Source: a virus. Taken from it: a stretch of 64,000 nucleotides of DNA. Below the pieces are notes generated by a model. That model saw only the letters and a list, made by a program, of their open reading frames with translations. It made no database searches and was not told the DNA's origin. Below are positions 6,641 to 17,130 of this stretch, one piece after another (positions within the stretch are counted from its first letter, which is position 1; every line of letters starts with the position of its first letter). A program made the position numbers and the translations under genes. The stretch lies in IMG/VR virus record IMGVR_UViG_3300042397_000787; one strand, written 5' to 3'.

Positions 6641-7147
6641 TCAAAAATCTTCTGGTCGATATGGGTCGTAAAATCTTCCCCACATCCAACCAGATGGTAG
6701 TATGAAAGTCAGTGGGTCTACCAAATGCGTTTTACCACTAGGGTCGACACACCACTTTCGTCTTCTATGTCTCGCCTTCATCGCTATGAGATTGCGAGTT
6801 TCCCATGATTGGCGTCTACCATACATAGGATTGTTTTCGTTGCGCCTTGTTCCTCGCATCTTGCGACGAATTTTGGCCTTTGTTTCTTCTTTCAAGCCAC
6901 CCCAGTTGGGGTTGTTGCTACCGCTTAACGCTAGAGCAATCTTTCGTTTATGCTCTGTTGTTAGATTTGGTATCTTCTTTCTAGCAACTTTATCCTTGAA
7001 TGTCAACCCTTTTTTTAAACTGTCTGCTTTTTCTCTGATATATTCGATATTAGAGTTTTGTAGCAACAGTTCTCTGGGTTTTGGTACCTGTTCCGGGTCC
7101 TTGACTAACCAGATTTCGCTTTTGTGTTTAAAGAGGAAGTATCTCAC
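6641..7147 (-). CDS. NUMOD3-motif DNA-binding protein (homing-endonuclease-derived)
   Basis: TEHKRKIALALSGSNNPNWG, EETKAKI...NPMYGRRQSWETR repeats. Confidence 0.7.
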   Translation of the reverse strand: MRYFLFKHKSEIWLVKDPEQVPKPRELLLQNSNIEYIREKADSLKKGLTFKDKVARKKIPNLTTEHKRKIALALSGSNNPNWGGLKEETKAKIRRKMRGTRRNENNPMYGRRQSWETRNLIAMKARHRRRKWCVDPSGKTHLVDPLTFILPSGWMWGRFYDPYRPEDF

Positions 7148-7535
7148 TTATAACACCTTTATCCAGTAATGTCAAGTCATGTTCGCGGTCAATATATTTA
7201 AATTCAACATTTACCGGCATAAAATCACTTAGAGCCAGAAATACATCATCAACATTCAGCTTTGAGCAAGTATAGACATCCAGTTGCATCAAAGCAGGAT
7301 TCACTTCATCCCATACATGCATGGCGATGTGGCTTGTTTCGATAATAGTTACCGCTGTCAAACCTTGATTGCCCACCATATCAGAATACACGGCATACGG
7401 ACCCATAAGAATCTTCATATCAATCTTATCAACCAAAAGTTTCATCCAGTCTTGAATGGCTTCTGCGCACTTAGGCGGATTTTTAAGTTCGGCACGGATG
7501 ATTAGGTGCTTATGTTCCAGTATTTGACCCATCAA
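7128..7535 (-). CDS. speD: S-adenosylmethionine decarboxylase proenzyme
   Basis: IETSHIAMHVW self-cleavage region, DVYTC. Confidence 0.85.
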   Translation of the reverse strand: MMGQILEHKHLIIRAELKNPPKCAEAIQDWMKLLVDKIDMKILMGPYAVYSDMVGNQGLTAVTIIETSHIAMHVWDEVNPALMQLDVYTCSKLNVDDVFLALSDFMPVNVEFKYIDREHDLTLLDKGVISEILPL

Positions 7536-7564
7536 AGTATTTCCCTAGATAGTGGAGAGAACTT

Positions 7565-8362
7565 CTATTTATTAGGTCTCCACCAGATACTTTTGATGAA
7601 GTCATTACCGAAATTTTCTACCGCATATTCATAATTTTGCTTACAGTGAGGAATATTATCGTATATGATTTGTTTCTCTTCGTCTGTAAACTCGTTTATA
7701 TCTAATAATTTGTTTGCTATTTTGGAAAAATTAAAATCAGTATAAGGAATTTGCAAATACTCACATAATTCCATCATACTATTTTCTGTAAACAGCGTCT
7801 CATAAAATCCAATAAAAATATTTTCAAAGACTTGACGATAATTGTCTATCGTTTTTTCCCAGTTTAACAATCGGTATTCAAATGGAACAGGAATGTTCAA
7901 TACATCATCTAACGTAACAGGAACATCGCTTGAAGTATTTTGTCGATATCTTCTAAATGTATCAGACATATTTTCGTTGGAGTCCAGAGACAACTTAGCG
8001 ATTACATCTAATTTTGTTTCTGAAATTTTCTGACTTATTGGATCTCGAAGAATAATTACGGGGCGAACATTGAATCCATACAAGGTTGCCTTCAGTGCAA
8101 ACTCTTTAAGTTGTTCTATTGTTGCAAAACCATTGGAAGGCGACATTTCACCCAGAAGTTTAACTTCGGGATTTTCTGCCAGTTTTTGATAATGATCAAA
8201 GAAATTGGATTTATCAAAATCAGGATTCAGAGTGAACCCATCCATAAAAAGAAAATATTCTTTTATGCTAGATAGGTCACAGTCCCCACGGCCGTTTAAC
8301 TCCCCATACAACCACGTGCTTCCCGCTCTTGCGCAACCCGCGTATAAAAGCAAATTTATCAC
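7565..8362 (-). CDS. Sulfotransferase family protein
   Basis: AGCARAGSTWL PAPS-binding loop, IKEY, GEMSP, ILRDP. Confidence 0.8.
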   Translation of the reverse strand: MINLLLYAGCARAGSTWLYGELNGRGDCDLSSIKEYFLFMDGFTLNPDFDKSNFFDHYQKLAENPEVKLLGEMSPSNGFATIEQLKEFALKATLYGFNVRPVIILRDPISQKISETKLDVIAKLSLDSNENMSDTFRRYRQNTSSDVPVTLDDVLNIPVPFEYRLLNWEKTIDNYRQVFENIFIGFYETLFTENSMMELCEYLQIPYTDFNFSKIANKLLDINEFTDEEKQIIYDNIPHCKQNYEYAVENFGNDFIKSIWWRPNK

Positions 8363-8365
8363 GAA

Positions 8366-8875
8366 TTATTCCGAGAGCGGTTCTGACTTTTTTGATACCT
8401 TCTTCTTCTTAACCTCGGGCTTTTTCCAACCAGTCAGAAAACTATCTAGCACATCGGCAAGAGCAGGATAAATATCAAGAATTGTTTTATCTTTTGCCGC
8501 ATCCAAAAGAACTTGTTCGTCAGGATGAACACCTTGACAAATCTGCATCCAGATTTCTTCGCGGCGCCACTGAGCGACATTTGCTGCGCTGCCGTTAGGA
8601 AGAAGCGTTAGGATCCGTCTAAATTCCATGGTGATAGTGGTGTCAGACATACCAGATGGTAGTCCTTCATTCTTAATGGGTGTCTTACCATCAGGTAGAT
8701 TGTATGGCCCCTGTTCATATCCTACGCCCCAAGCTAGAAAACGCATAAAAATAGAGTTGCCAAGAGAGACTGCCCGAACTCGTTCGCGCAATTCGTCTAC
8801 GTCCTTTACCTCTGTTACCCAATCCAGGGCTTCATTGATATACTTAAACTTCTTCGGCTGTAATCTTGTTGCCAT
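8366..8875 (-). CDS. Conserved T4-like hypothetical protein
   Basis: LPDGKTP...RREEIWMQICQGVHPDE pattern seen next to rnh in T4-like phages. Confidence 0.65.
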   Translation of the reverse strand: MATRLQPKKFKYINEALDWVTEVKDVDELRERVRAVSLGNSIFMRFLAWGVGYEQGPYNLPDGKTPIKNEGLPSGMSDTTITMEFRRILTLLPNGSAANVAQWRREEIWMQICQGVHPDEQVLLDAAKDKTILDIYPALADVLDSFLTGWKKPEVKKKKVSKKSEPLSE

Positions 8876-9284
8876 TGCTAATTCTCTTTCTCAATTCAGT
8901 AGTGCTAAAGCTGTGCCTGCGACTATTGTAATAAACTTCCATATCTAGTTCGTCACCAGTAAACCGCTTACCGTAATAATCTTGGCCGATGATGCGAACA
9001 TCCCAGTCATAACATTGTAGTATATTTAGCAAGTCTTCTTCCGTCGTATATGGAATGATATCGTCCACATACCTACAGGCTTGCACCTGAATATACCGTT
9101 CTACCAGAGATTGAACGGGCTTGTTCTTCTCTGGGCGGTCAATCGTTGGGTCAGTCTGTAACGCCACAACTAATCGGTCACACTGTTCTTTAGCTTCCTG
9201 TAGCATAAGAACGTGACCCGCGTGAAACAGGTCAAAGCAACTGGCTGTGATGCCTACTCGCTCATCGGAACTATTAAAATTCAT
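8844..9284 (-). CDS. TagD-like glycerol-3-phosphate cytidylyltransferase
   Basis: FDLFHAGH (HxGH) motif, RHSFSTTELR. Confidence 0.85.
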   Translation of the reverse strand: MNFNSSDERVGITASCFDLFHAGHVLMLQEAKEQCDRLVVALQTDPTIDRPEKNKPVQSLVERYIQVQACRYVDDIIPYTTEEDLLNILQCYDWDVRIIGQDYYGKRFTGDELDMEVYYNSRRHSFSTTELRKRISNGNKITAEEV

Positions 9285-10155
9285 CGATCAAATCAATCAT
9301 CTGCTTCATACGATTTGCAATAAAGTAGTTTAGAAGACCACTGCGGTCGCCACCTTTCTGCTTCTCGTAACTATCTATAACATCATTTTTGATGTCTTCA
9401 GGAATACGCGACAGGTCGACCAGTTCGCGGTTGCGCTGAAAGTTGCGCCACATCTCATCGCTAGTGATGAAGTCTTCTGGCTTCTGGTGCTTCCACTGAG
9501 CAACCTTATCTTTCTTCATGGGACGCTGGCGTGAACCAGTGACAAAAGTATCATCGTCTGATAGGATGTTAGGAACACCGTCACCCTTATCGCCCATGAT
9601 AATGTGTTCCATAAGAACAGCGGCAGGCGTCTCTGTTATCTTAACAAACTTCTTTTGAACCGGAGCATACTGCTTGACGTTGGACCATTTCTGTAACTGA
9701 TTGAAGTCATGGTCACCAGAAAGAACGAGAAACGGCTCTGCACTGGGCAGAAGGCCATCGACATTCGAAGTCTGACTATATTCAGCCAAAACACCTATTA
9801 CATCATCTGCTTCTGCGCCGTCAACATCGATGACAGGATACGGAAAGTGTTCTGACAATTCAGCACGAACCTGGTGCAATGCTTCGAAGATGGAATTCCA
9901 ATCAAAGCCACTATCGGCGCGGTTCTTCTTACGATTAGCCTTGTAGTTAGGGAAGAACTGACGGCGCCAGTAGTGGCGATTATCACATGCAATAACAATC
10001 TCGCCAAACTCTGGTCCGAACTTACGCTTATAAGAACGGATTGAATTGATAATCATGTGGCGTATCAGAGGTAGATTGACCTCTACATCACGGCGACCAC
10101 CAAGTTCTGCCATCATATTGCTAATTGCAACTTGATTAAAATCTACTACAATCAT
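9274..10155 (-). CDS. rnh: T4-type RNase H (5'-3' exonuclease)
   Basis: YKANRKK, EADDVIG, SGDHDF, GDKGDGVPNI. Confidence 0.93.
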   Translation of the reverse strand: MIVVDFNQVAISNMMAELGGRRDVEVNLPLIRHMIINSIRSYKRKFGPEFGEIVIACDNRHYWRRQFFPNYKANRKKNRADSGFDWNSIFEALHQVRAELSEHFPYPVIDVDGAEADDVIGVLAEYSQTSNVDGLLPSAEPFLVLSGDHDFNQLQKWSNVKQYAPVQKKFVKITETPAAVLMEHIIMGDKGDGVPNILSDDDTFVTGSRQRPMKKDKVAQWKHQKPEDFITSDEMWRNFQRNRELVDLSRIPEDIKNDVIDSYEKQKGGDRSGLLNYFIANRMKQMIDLIDEF

Positions 10156-10487
10156 TCGCTTTCACCCTTGCTTTTAGTTAAGACTTCGCGAATGTCATCC
10201 AGAAGATTTATTTCTGGACAGTGGACGCCAGCTTGACGCATATACATGCCTTGAATCATAACAGCAATAACGGCACAATCGCCGTTAAAGTTGTCATTCA
10301 ACTTACCCAACTTCTTGTCTACGGCCCTCAAAATGCCATTCAGACAAGCATGGGCAAAAGCCTCAGCGTCCTGATATGCAGAATATTCGGTAGCACCTTC
10401 AAGAAAGTAATTGTAGGATTCCAAATCTTCTTTCGTGGGCGGCGCCGAACGAGGTCGAAGATATGTAATGTTATCATTATCTGACAT
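10152..10487 (-). CDS. Hypothetical protein
   Basis: Translationally coupled ORF. Confidence 0.6.
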   Translation of the reverse strand: MSDNDNITYLRPRSAPPTKEDLESYNYFLEGATEYSAYQDAEAFAHACLNGILRAVDKKLGKLNDNFNGDCAVIAVMIQGMYMRQAGVHCPEINLLDDIREVLTKSKGESE

Positions 10488-11611
10488 TAAAAGACTTTCA
10501 AAATTAAAGTTGTTGCCGTGAGTCGAGGGCGCACATTCGCATTCTTACTTTTAACAGAAGAATACCATTTTGTCAAGTCTTTTTTAGCGGTCGCAGAAAA
10601 TGCAGGAATCTGTTCTTCTGGCTTTCGAAGCAATTTGCAACTGGACATGGCCTCATCATAACCCACGAGAGATGCACCCTTTACAGTGATGCCACCACCG
10701 ACTGGACTATAATACTTGGAAATCTTGCGGGTCTTTGTATCGAACGCCCAGACTTCACTACAGTTAAGAAGGTTGATGGGGTCAACGCTCTTGCCGAACT
10801 TAGGGTCTTCTACCAAGAACTTGACTGCCCGTACCAGTTTAGTTTTATCTTTGGGCTTCTTACTGCGAACCTTGGCAACTTGCTTACTAACATAAGCCTT
10901 CTTGAGGTCATTGACATAACCTTCGATAAGCTGGACAATCTTCTTGATGAGTGTGATACCAGGGAACGGGAAAGAATCCATGAACTCAATCTGTTCTTCG
11001 GTCAAAGTCTTTCTATCTGTCCGACGAAGTTCCAGAACTTCTGAATATTCTGCCAGAAGAGGCTGGAGCTTATCAGCACAAGCCGCATACTGCTTATCAT
11101 TCATCTTATATGGCATTAGAATTTGAGCCATGTTCTTATTGTCTTCGCCAGTGATAAGATTTTCGATTTCATCATTTACAAGAGACAAGATGTAGGTAGA
11201 AGCCAGTTTAACGGGCTTGACTACCTTGATCACAGGAGAGGCAACAGGCTCATCATCGTCATCTGACTTGATGCGCTTGTTTGCCACTTCCTGAATCTTT
11301 TCCCAGATGCGGTTCTGGTGAACCTCGCTTACTGGGAAACCACGCATGGCAATTCGAGCCGTGTTGGCATAGGTTCTAGGTAGAAACTTATCTGGTACCT
11401 GACTGACAGCCTTTAGCTTCTCTTTATCGGCTTTGAACCAATCAGTAAGAAAAGCGCGGCAGTCTTTGGCATCTACAATATAGTTATACCAGTTAAGAGC
11501 ATTGCTAAATTCGCTTTGATAGTTTACAGGTTCGTAACTATCGGCCCAGATAGGCTCGACACCGACGAACTTCGACTCAGCAACAGGTACCTTAAGTTTA
11601 TACATAATCAC
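10487..11611 (-). CDS. Conserved T4-like hypothetical protein
   Basis: Long ORF; ALNWYNY and KLLRKPEEQ motifs; has its own strong promoter. Confidence 0.75.
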   Translation of the reverse strand: MIMYKLKVPVAESKFVGVEPIWADSYEPVNYQSEFSNALNWYNYIVDAKDCRAFLTDWFKADKEKLKAVSQVPDKFLPRTYANTARIAMRGFPVSEVHQNRIWEKIQEVANKRIKSDDDDEPVASPVIKVVKPVKLASTYILSLVNDEIENLITGEDNKNMAQILMPYKMNDKQYAACADKLQPLLAEYSEVLELRRTDRKTLTEEQIEFMDSFPFPGITLIKKIVQLIEGYVNDLKKAYVSKQVAKVRSKKPKDKTKLVRAVKFLVEDPKFGKSVDPINLLNCSEVWAFDTKTRKISKYYSPVGGGITVKGASLVGYDEAMSSCKLLRKPEEQIPAFSATAKKDLTKWYSSVKSKNANVRPRLTATTLILKVF

Positions 11612-11629
11612 TCCTTGTCAATATATCTC

Positions 11630-11658
11630 ATTATACGATATATCAAGGTATTTGTCAA
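11630..11658 (-). promoter_or_regulatory. sigma70 consensus promoter
   Basis: TTGACA-17-TATAAT. Confidence 0.75.
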
Positions 11659-11948
11659 CCCTCAAATTTTACTGAAATTACAGTATCATAGCGAAAAGAA
11701 CGCCATGCATTCTTATCGAGGTCCCATACGGCCAGCGAATCAGTAGGACCCTTTTTCTGAATTGATTCTTCGAGATCGGTTTGCTTTGGTAATACCGATT
11801 CTTGTAGGGTGCAACGCATTACCCGCTCATCACCATTCTGCTTCGTAAAAGTAACTGTGCCTACCTTAGCACGAAGATTGTTTGTAAGGTCTTCGCGCAT
11901 TGCTTCAACGTCGGTCATCATTTCACATTCTCCTAATATTTTTTTCAT
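11655..11948 (-). CDS. WYL_2/SH3-like beta-barrel protein
   Basis: VTFTKQNGDERVMRCTL...VWDLDKNAWRSFR. Confidence 0.75.
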   Translation of the reverse strand: MKKILGECEMMTDVEAMREDLTNNLRAKVGTVTFTKQNGDERVMRCTLQESVLPKQTDLEESIQKKGPTDSLAVWDLDKNAWRSFRYDTVISVKFEG

Positions 11949-12894
11949 CGACTATAATTTGACCTCTTGCATTTTTGCGAGGAGGGTCTGGCATAGAAAC
12001 ATCATGAGTAGAACCATGCTTCTCAAACTGAAAGAAGTCTGGAACTTCTGGTATGAGGGCTTTTGGTTTCTGCTTACGTGTTTTCTTAGCTTTTGGCGTC
12101 TCGGTTGGAGCTTTCGGTTCATCCACTTCAACTGAGACAATATTCACTATATCTGATTCTTCTCGTTTTGTCAACCCTAAAAATGTCATATTTGCTGCAA
12201 TTATCAAAAGAATTGCCAGCGGGTCAAAAACAAAGATAAGAATGATAATCATCATACGGACGGCCTTGTCGATGGTGGCATTATCACCACTACCATAGAA
12301 TAGTTCCGCTACATATTTGATTGGTCCTACTTCCGCTTCGAGTATGAGGTTCTCTGTTTTGAGCGGTATGAGATTAGTCTCAATAGTCTCAATGTTTGTA
12401 GTTGCACCCTCAATTTCTTTATTGAGCGCCGCACGTTCCCTCTTTTGTCGATTTCTAATGAAGTTAGCATCGAGGATATTTTCGCCAGTAGTGAGTCTGT
12501 CCAGAGTATCCAAAGATGTTTGCGCATTCTTTAGTCTCCTTTCAGCCGAAGTCTTCTGACTTTCTAGTTGTGCAATCTGTAATTGTGCTGAACCGCCAAC
12601 TGTGGTGTGTTCAATATGCGCTTTACTTAGATAGCCGAACACACCCATGCTGGTGATGAACGACAAGACTACCACTGCTATCGTAAAGTATGTCTTCAAT
12701 AGTCTGTTAGCAATCTTCCAGTTACGATACACCCAACTTGCTGTCACAAGTTTAGCTAGTTCTAGGACAATACCCATAGCAGCGATTGCAATAGGTGAAG
12801 CAGGAAAGATGGCCATCAAGCCTAATATAGAAAAATAACCAGCTACACTAGTAATCGCTAGTGCTACCAGCATCAAGAGGGCTGCGAAAAACAT
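11923..12894 (-). CDS. Multi-pass membrane protein with coiled coil
   Basis: Three N-terminal TM segments, coiled coil, C-terminal TM (FVFDPLA). Confidence 0.75.
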   Translation of the reverse strand: MFFAALLMLVALAITSVAGYFSILGLMAIFPASPIAIAAMGIVLELAKLVTASWVYRNWKIANRLLKTYFTIAVVVLSFITSMGVFGYLSKAHIEHTTVGGSAQLQIAQLESQKTSAERRLKNAQTSLDTLDRLTTGENILDANFIRNRQKRERAALNKEIEGATTNIETIETNLIPLKTENLILEAEVGPIKYVAELFYGSGDNATIDKAVRMMIIILIFVFDPLAILLIIAANMTFLGLTKREESDIVNIVSVEVDEPKAPTETPKAKKTRKQKPKALIPEVPDFFQFEKHGSTHDVSMPDPPRKNARGQIIVDEKNIRRM

Positions 12895-13226
12895 CCAGGT
12901 CTCCAGTCAGGTAACTTTAATTCTTTCAAGTGCGATAGTCGTAATCTAACATTCCACATGTCATTGATACACCGATCATCAAATCGATACTCCCATTGTA
13001 GAATATGCTCGACTGCTTTTGCGTGAGATTTGCCGGCATATTCTGCAACAACTTCTTTACGCATTTCGCCTTCATAGTTAGTAACATATGTAGAACTACC
13101 AAAATATTTTTCAAATAGTTTATCAGTCTTACATGAATAACCAATATAGTATTTGCCGTCGTCAAAGTAGGTGCAATAAACTCTATGCACTTTCTTTGGC
13201 AACGGCTTCTTCTTTTTAATAACCAT
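12873..13226 (-). CDS. Stand-alone GIY-YIG (Seg-like) nuclease domain
   Basis: VYCTY...KYYIG...YFGSS...E...CIN. Confidence 0.65.
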   Translation of the reverse strand: MVIKKKKPLPKKVHRVYCTYFDDGKYYIGYSCKTDKLFEKYFGSSTYVTNYEGEMRKEVVAEYAGKSHAKAVEHILQWEYRFDDRCINDMWNVRLRLSHLKELKLPDWRPGCFSQPS

Positions 13227-13250
13227 TAGTTCACTCCGAGTGTGAACTAT

Positions 13251-13403
13251 TTATTCGTCCTCGTCCCAGTCATCAAACTCGAGGTCTTCTTCGGCTATCT
13301 TGGTTCCACAAAACGGACAGTATTTAGTTTTGTAGTATTCTTCATCCAATTCATGCTCCACCAAAAACACGGCATCACATGAAAAGCATTCCTGTTCTTC
13401 CAT
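13251..13403 (-). CDS. Small zinc-ribbon protein (50 aa)
   Basis: Manual translation MEEQECFSC...YCPFCG...acidic tail; coupled to the nrdB stop. Confidence 0.7.
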   Translation of the reverse strand: MEEQECFSCDAVFLVEHELDEEYYKTKYCPFCGTKIAEEDLEFDDWDEDE

Positions 13404-14389
13404 TATGCAGCTCCCCAAACACTTTCCCATGTACCAGATAGAGCGCCCTTGGCATAATCGGTAGCACGATTTTCAAAGAAGTTGGTATGAGTAGGCGCAT
13501 TGATCATTTCTTCAACCCATGGTAGAGGATTCTTCTTTACTTTAAAGATACCTTTAAGACCAAGACTAATCAATCTACGGTCGCAAATGTAACGAATATA
13601 CTTTTTAACATCATCTTCCGTCAAATCTTCCATAGCTCCCATGGAGAATGAAAGTTCAATAAACTTGTCTTCCAGGTCTACCATTTTCTCGGCAATAGTA
13701 TATATGCTAGACTTTAGTTCGTCGTTCCATATATCTCTATTCTCTTCAACATATGCACGGAACAACTTAATCATCGACTCGGCATGCATTGTTTCATCAA
13801 CGATTGACCAAGTAACGATCTGTCCCATTCCCTTCATTTTCCCGTGACGAGGGAAGTTGAGGAGCATGATGAAGGACGAGAACAACTGCATACCTTCAGT
13901 GAACGCCGAAAATGCAGCAATGTTAGTGGCGACAGATTCCTTTGTGCCATTTGAATTCGACAAATCTGTAAAGTAGTCGTGTTTTGCCCGCATTGAGTCG
14001 TATTCAAGGAATTCTTGATACGTTGTTTCAGGCATACCCAACGTCTCAATAAGGTGTGAGTAAGCGGCGACATGAAGAGCCTCCCTTGCTGCAAATCCCA
14101 TCAACATCATACGGATTTCAGGTTGAGGGAAATATGGTAGATAGTTCTTTACATAACCACCCGCGACATCGATATCACCTTGTGTAAAGAAACGAAAAAT
14201 GTTAGTGAGAAAATGCTTTTCGCCGTCAGTAAGACGTTTCTTCCAATCGTTTACATCTTCAATCATAGGAACTTCTGTATGAAGCCAGTGGGATTGTTCA
14301 TGCTTCAACCAGGCATCATATGCCCACGGGTAATTAAATGGCTTAAAATAAGAACGTTCATCCATAAGAGTAATCGAAGGTTTGGTCAT
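13403..14389 (-). CDS. nrdB: Ribonucleotide reductase class Ia beta subunit
   Basis: EALHVAAYS, FTEGMQLFSSF, DETMH, NFFENR; start moved to MTKPS. Confidence 0.95.
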   Translation of the reverse strand: MTKPSITLMDERSYFKPFNYPWAYDAWLKHEQSHWLHTEVPMIEDVNDWKKRLTDGEKHFLTNIFRFFTQGDIDVAGGYVKNYLPYFPQPEIRMMLMGFAAREALHVAAYSHLIETLGMPETTYQEFLEYDSMRAKHDYFTDLSNSNGTKESVATNIAAFSAFTEGMQLFSSFIMLLNFPRHGKMKGMGQIVTWSIVDETMHAESMIKLFRAYVEENRDIWNDELKSSIYTIAEKMVDLEDKFIELSFSMGAMEDLTEDDVKKYIRYICDRRLISLGLKGIFKVKKNPLPWVEEMINAPTHTNFFENRATDYAKGALSGTWESVWGAA

Positions 14390-15108
14390 TTGTTGGCTTT
14401 CGTAAATAACATGTAAGTCTGGTCGTAGGTGGAATCGAAAAGTTTTTCTACTTGCCAAGTAGTCTCGTCGGCAATAGCATATACTATATCTTCACTATAT
14501 CTATATGGCTCGGCAATTTCAACCTTTTTATATTCTAAATCCGGTGTTTCTGAAAATAAAAAAGTAATTATAAGTTTAGCATCATCATTGAATAGGTTGT
14601 GAGAACGAGACAAAAATAATTTTAGTTTATCGTAATGTAAATGAGTAAATACAGAATGGGCAAATCCAAAATCAAACTTTACATTAAAATCTTCAAATGA
14701 AAAATCGTCAGTAATTATAAAATTTTCGGATGTTATCTTATTCTGTAAATTATATTTCGGAACTTCGTAATTAAGACCAGCTTCAACTAATCCTAGATTA
14801 ACATCTATACCATAATAATTATTAGGGTCAAGATATTCGATTAATTTGCAACCAACTCTCATACTACCACAACCAACATCTAGTATTTTCATGTTGGATT
14901 GTAGTCCATGAGACTTTAATATATCAAGATGATGAGTTCCTATTTCATCCCAATGTTCTATTGGTCCACCTACTAATTTTCTATGGTCATTATCTTGTTT
15001 TCTGTAATCACTGAGTATTTCAAATGGAGAATAATAACCATTGTCTAAATCAATAGGAGTCTCTGCTAATATCTCACATTTATTCAAAATCAATTTTCGG
15101 CGGCCCAC
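14386..15108 (-). CDS. Class I SAM-dependent methyltransferase
   Basis: ILDVGCGSMRVG, YYGIDVN, FDFGFAHSVFTHL. Confidence 0.85.
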   Translation of the reverse strand: MGRRKLILNKCEILAETPIDLDNGYYSPFEILSDYRKQDNDHRKLVGGPIEHWDEIGTHHLDILKSHGLQSNMKILDVGCGSMRVGCKLIEYLDPNNYYGIDVNLGLVEAGLNYEVPKYNLQNKITSENFIITDDFSFEDFNVKFDFGFAHSVFTHLHYDKLKLFLSRSHNLFNDDAKLIITFLFSETPDLEYKKVEIAEPYRYSEDIVYAIADETTWQVEKLFDSTYDQTYMLFTKANK

Positions 15109-15326
15109 TTAACAAGATCGTCATAACCACCAACATGTTCACCATTGATCCAAATCTGTGGAACAGTGGTCACATTAGGAAGTTGTGCAGTAATGTCTTC
15201 CCAAAGGCAGTCTTTTCCGACTACCATTTCGGTATATTGAATGTCCATACCCTGCATAAACTCTTTTGCTTTTACGCAATAAGGGCAATCTGGTTTTGAA
15301 ACTATTTGTGCAAACAATTGTGTCAT
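15090..15326 (-). CDS. nrdC: Glutaredoxin
   Basis: CPYC, TVPQIWINGEHVGGYDDL. Confidence 0.93.
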   Translation of the reverse strand: MTQLFAQIVSKPDCPYCVKAKEFMQGMDIQYTEMVVGKDCLWEDITAQLPNVTTVPQIWINGEHVGGYDDLVKWAAEN

Positions 15327-15330
15327 TTAC

Positions 15331-17130
15331 TTATCCTTCGCAAGCTATGCAAGCATCGCCATCGATCATTGCTTTAAAGTCAATTTCCTTAATTGCATCT
15401 CGTTCGATGCGCTTGGAAATCTTATCTGCCTTACCGAGTTTTTCTGAACGGCAATAATATAAAGTCTTTAACCCCTGCTTCCATGCTAGGAAGTGGACAG
15501 CATGAAGATATTTGATATTTGCATCGGGACGGAAGAATAGATTGAGAGACTGTGCCTGATCAATAAACTTCTGTCTGTCTGCCGCATGTTCAATGACCCA
15601 CCGTTGGTCAATTTCCATGGAGGTCTTATAGACTTCCTTGGTTGTTGTATCCATCCAAGTAAGGTGTTGAACCGAACCATCATTGGCGATAATAGAAGAC
15701 CAAACTTCGTCATACCAACCATCTTTCTGGTTTACTGATTCAAACTTAATGATTCCGTCAAGGTATTTATTCTTATTCAGAAATGAACCCGATAATGTAT
15801 CTTGACGATATGCGTTGGCTCTCCACGGTTCAATCGATGGACTTGTATTACCCATGATGATAGATGAAGATGCATTAGGCGCAATAGCTTGCATGTGGCT
15901 GAAACGACGACCCGTACCAGCAGCATCAGGTGCTTCACCGCGTTCTGTGCCTAGTTCTAGGTTAGCAACATCTAAGCGTGTCTTAATGTGCTTGAAGATA
16001 CGCATATTGGTACCCTTAGCAACTGCCGACTCCCATGCAACACCCTTACGCTGGAGATAAGCATGAAAGCCTAGAGCGCCAATACCGATAGAACGTTCGC
16101 GCTTGGCCGAGTAAATTGCTCTGGAAACTTGCTTTGGTGCATTATCAATGAAATACTGAAGAACATTGTCAAGCATCTCTGCCATATCTTTCAAGAACAG
16201 AGGGTCCTTGGACCACGCATCATAATATTCTAGATTGACTGAGGACAAGCAACAAACAGCCGTGCGTTTTCTATCGGTAGGAAGAATAATTTCAGAGCAA
16301 AGATTGGACTGGTGTATCTTTAGACCCAAGGCCTTTTGAAAATCTGGCAACGCACGGTTCGAGGCATCGATAAAGTGAATGTAAGGCTCACCTGTCATCA
16401 TTCGAAGTTCGAGTATCTTCTGCCAAAGTTCCTTAGCAGAAACAGTATCACGAATTTCACCCGACTTTGGATCAGTCAGATTCCAGCTATCATCTGTATC
16501 GTCATCTGCCATACAACGTTCGATGATTTGCATGAAGTCGTCGGTGATATTGATTCCGTGGTGCAAATTGAGCGCCCGCATATTGGGGTCGCCAGTTGGC
16601 TTGCGCATTTCTAGAAATAGCCCAACATCAGGGTGAGAAATATCCAGATAAGCAGCATAAGAACCACGGCGAGTGCGACCTTGACGGTAAGCCATAGAAG
16701 AAGCATCATAAGTGCGAAGATGAGGCATAACACCAGTAGACTTATCATCTGCGGCGCGAATACCAAAACCAATACCAACGCCGCCACCAAGCATAGACAA
16801 CCAGTTAGTTTCTGAAAGATTTTCAACTAGACCCTCCGCAGTATCATCAATGAAGTTTAGGAAACAACTGATTGGCATACCACGCTTCGACCGACCAAAC
16901 GAGAGGATCGGAGTTGCATATGACAACCAGTGCTTTGACGCATATTCGTATAGACGCTGCGCATGTGCAGGATTAGAACCGAACGTCTTTGAAACAAAAG
17001 CGAACCGATGTTGCGGAGACGTTTCGTCGTCCTTCATGTATGATTCTTGAAGTCGCTGAATACCTAGTTTGTCAAACAGGGAGTCCCGTGATAGGTCAAT
17101 CTCAATATCCAGATAATTCTCTCTTGCCAT
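15331..17130 (-). CDS. nrdA: Ribonucleotide reductase class Ia alpha subunit (no ATP cone)
   Basis: ISCFL, SNLCSEI, APNASSS, KTLYY, C-terminal CIAC. Confidence 0.96.
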   Translation of the reverse strand: MARENYLDIEIDLSRDSLFDKLGIQRLQESYMKDDETSPQHRFAFVSKTFGSNPAHAQRLYEYASKHWLSYATPILSFGRSKRGMPISCFLNFIDDTAEGLVENLSETNWLSMLGGGVGIGFGIRAADDKSTGVMPHLRTYDASSMAYRQGRTRRGSYAAYLDISHPDVGLFLEMRKPTGDPNMRALNLHHGINITDDFMQIIERCMADDDTDDSWNLTDPKSGEIRDTVSAKELWQKILELRMMTGEPYIHFIDASNRALPDFQKALGLKIHQSNLCSEIILPTDRKRTAVCCLSSVNLEYYDAWSKDPLFLKDMAEMLDNVLQYFIDNAPKQVSRAIYSAKRERSIGIGALGFHAYLQRKGVAWESAVAKGTNMRIFKHIKTRLDVANLELGTERGEAPDAAGTGRRFSHMQAIAPNASSSIIMGNTSPSIEPWRANAYRQDTLSGSFLNKNKYLDGIIKFESVNQKDGWYDEVWSSIIANDGSVQHLTWMDTTTKEVYKTSMEIDQRWVIEHAADRQKFIDQAQSLNLFFRPDANIKYLHAVHFLAWKQGLKTLYYCRSEKLGKADKISKRIERDAIKEIDFKAMIDGDACIACEG

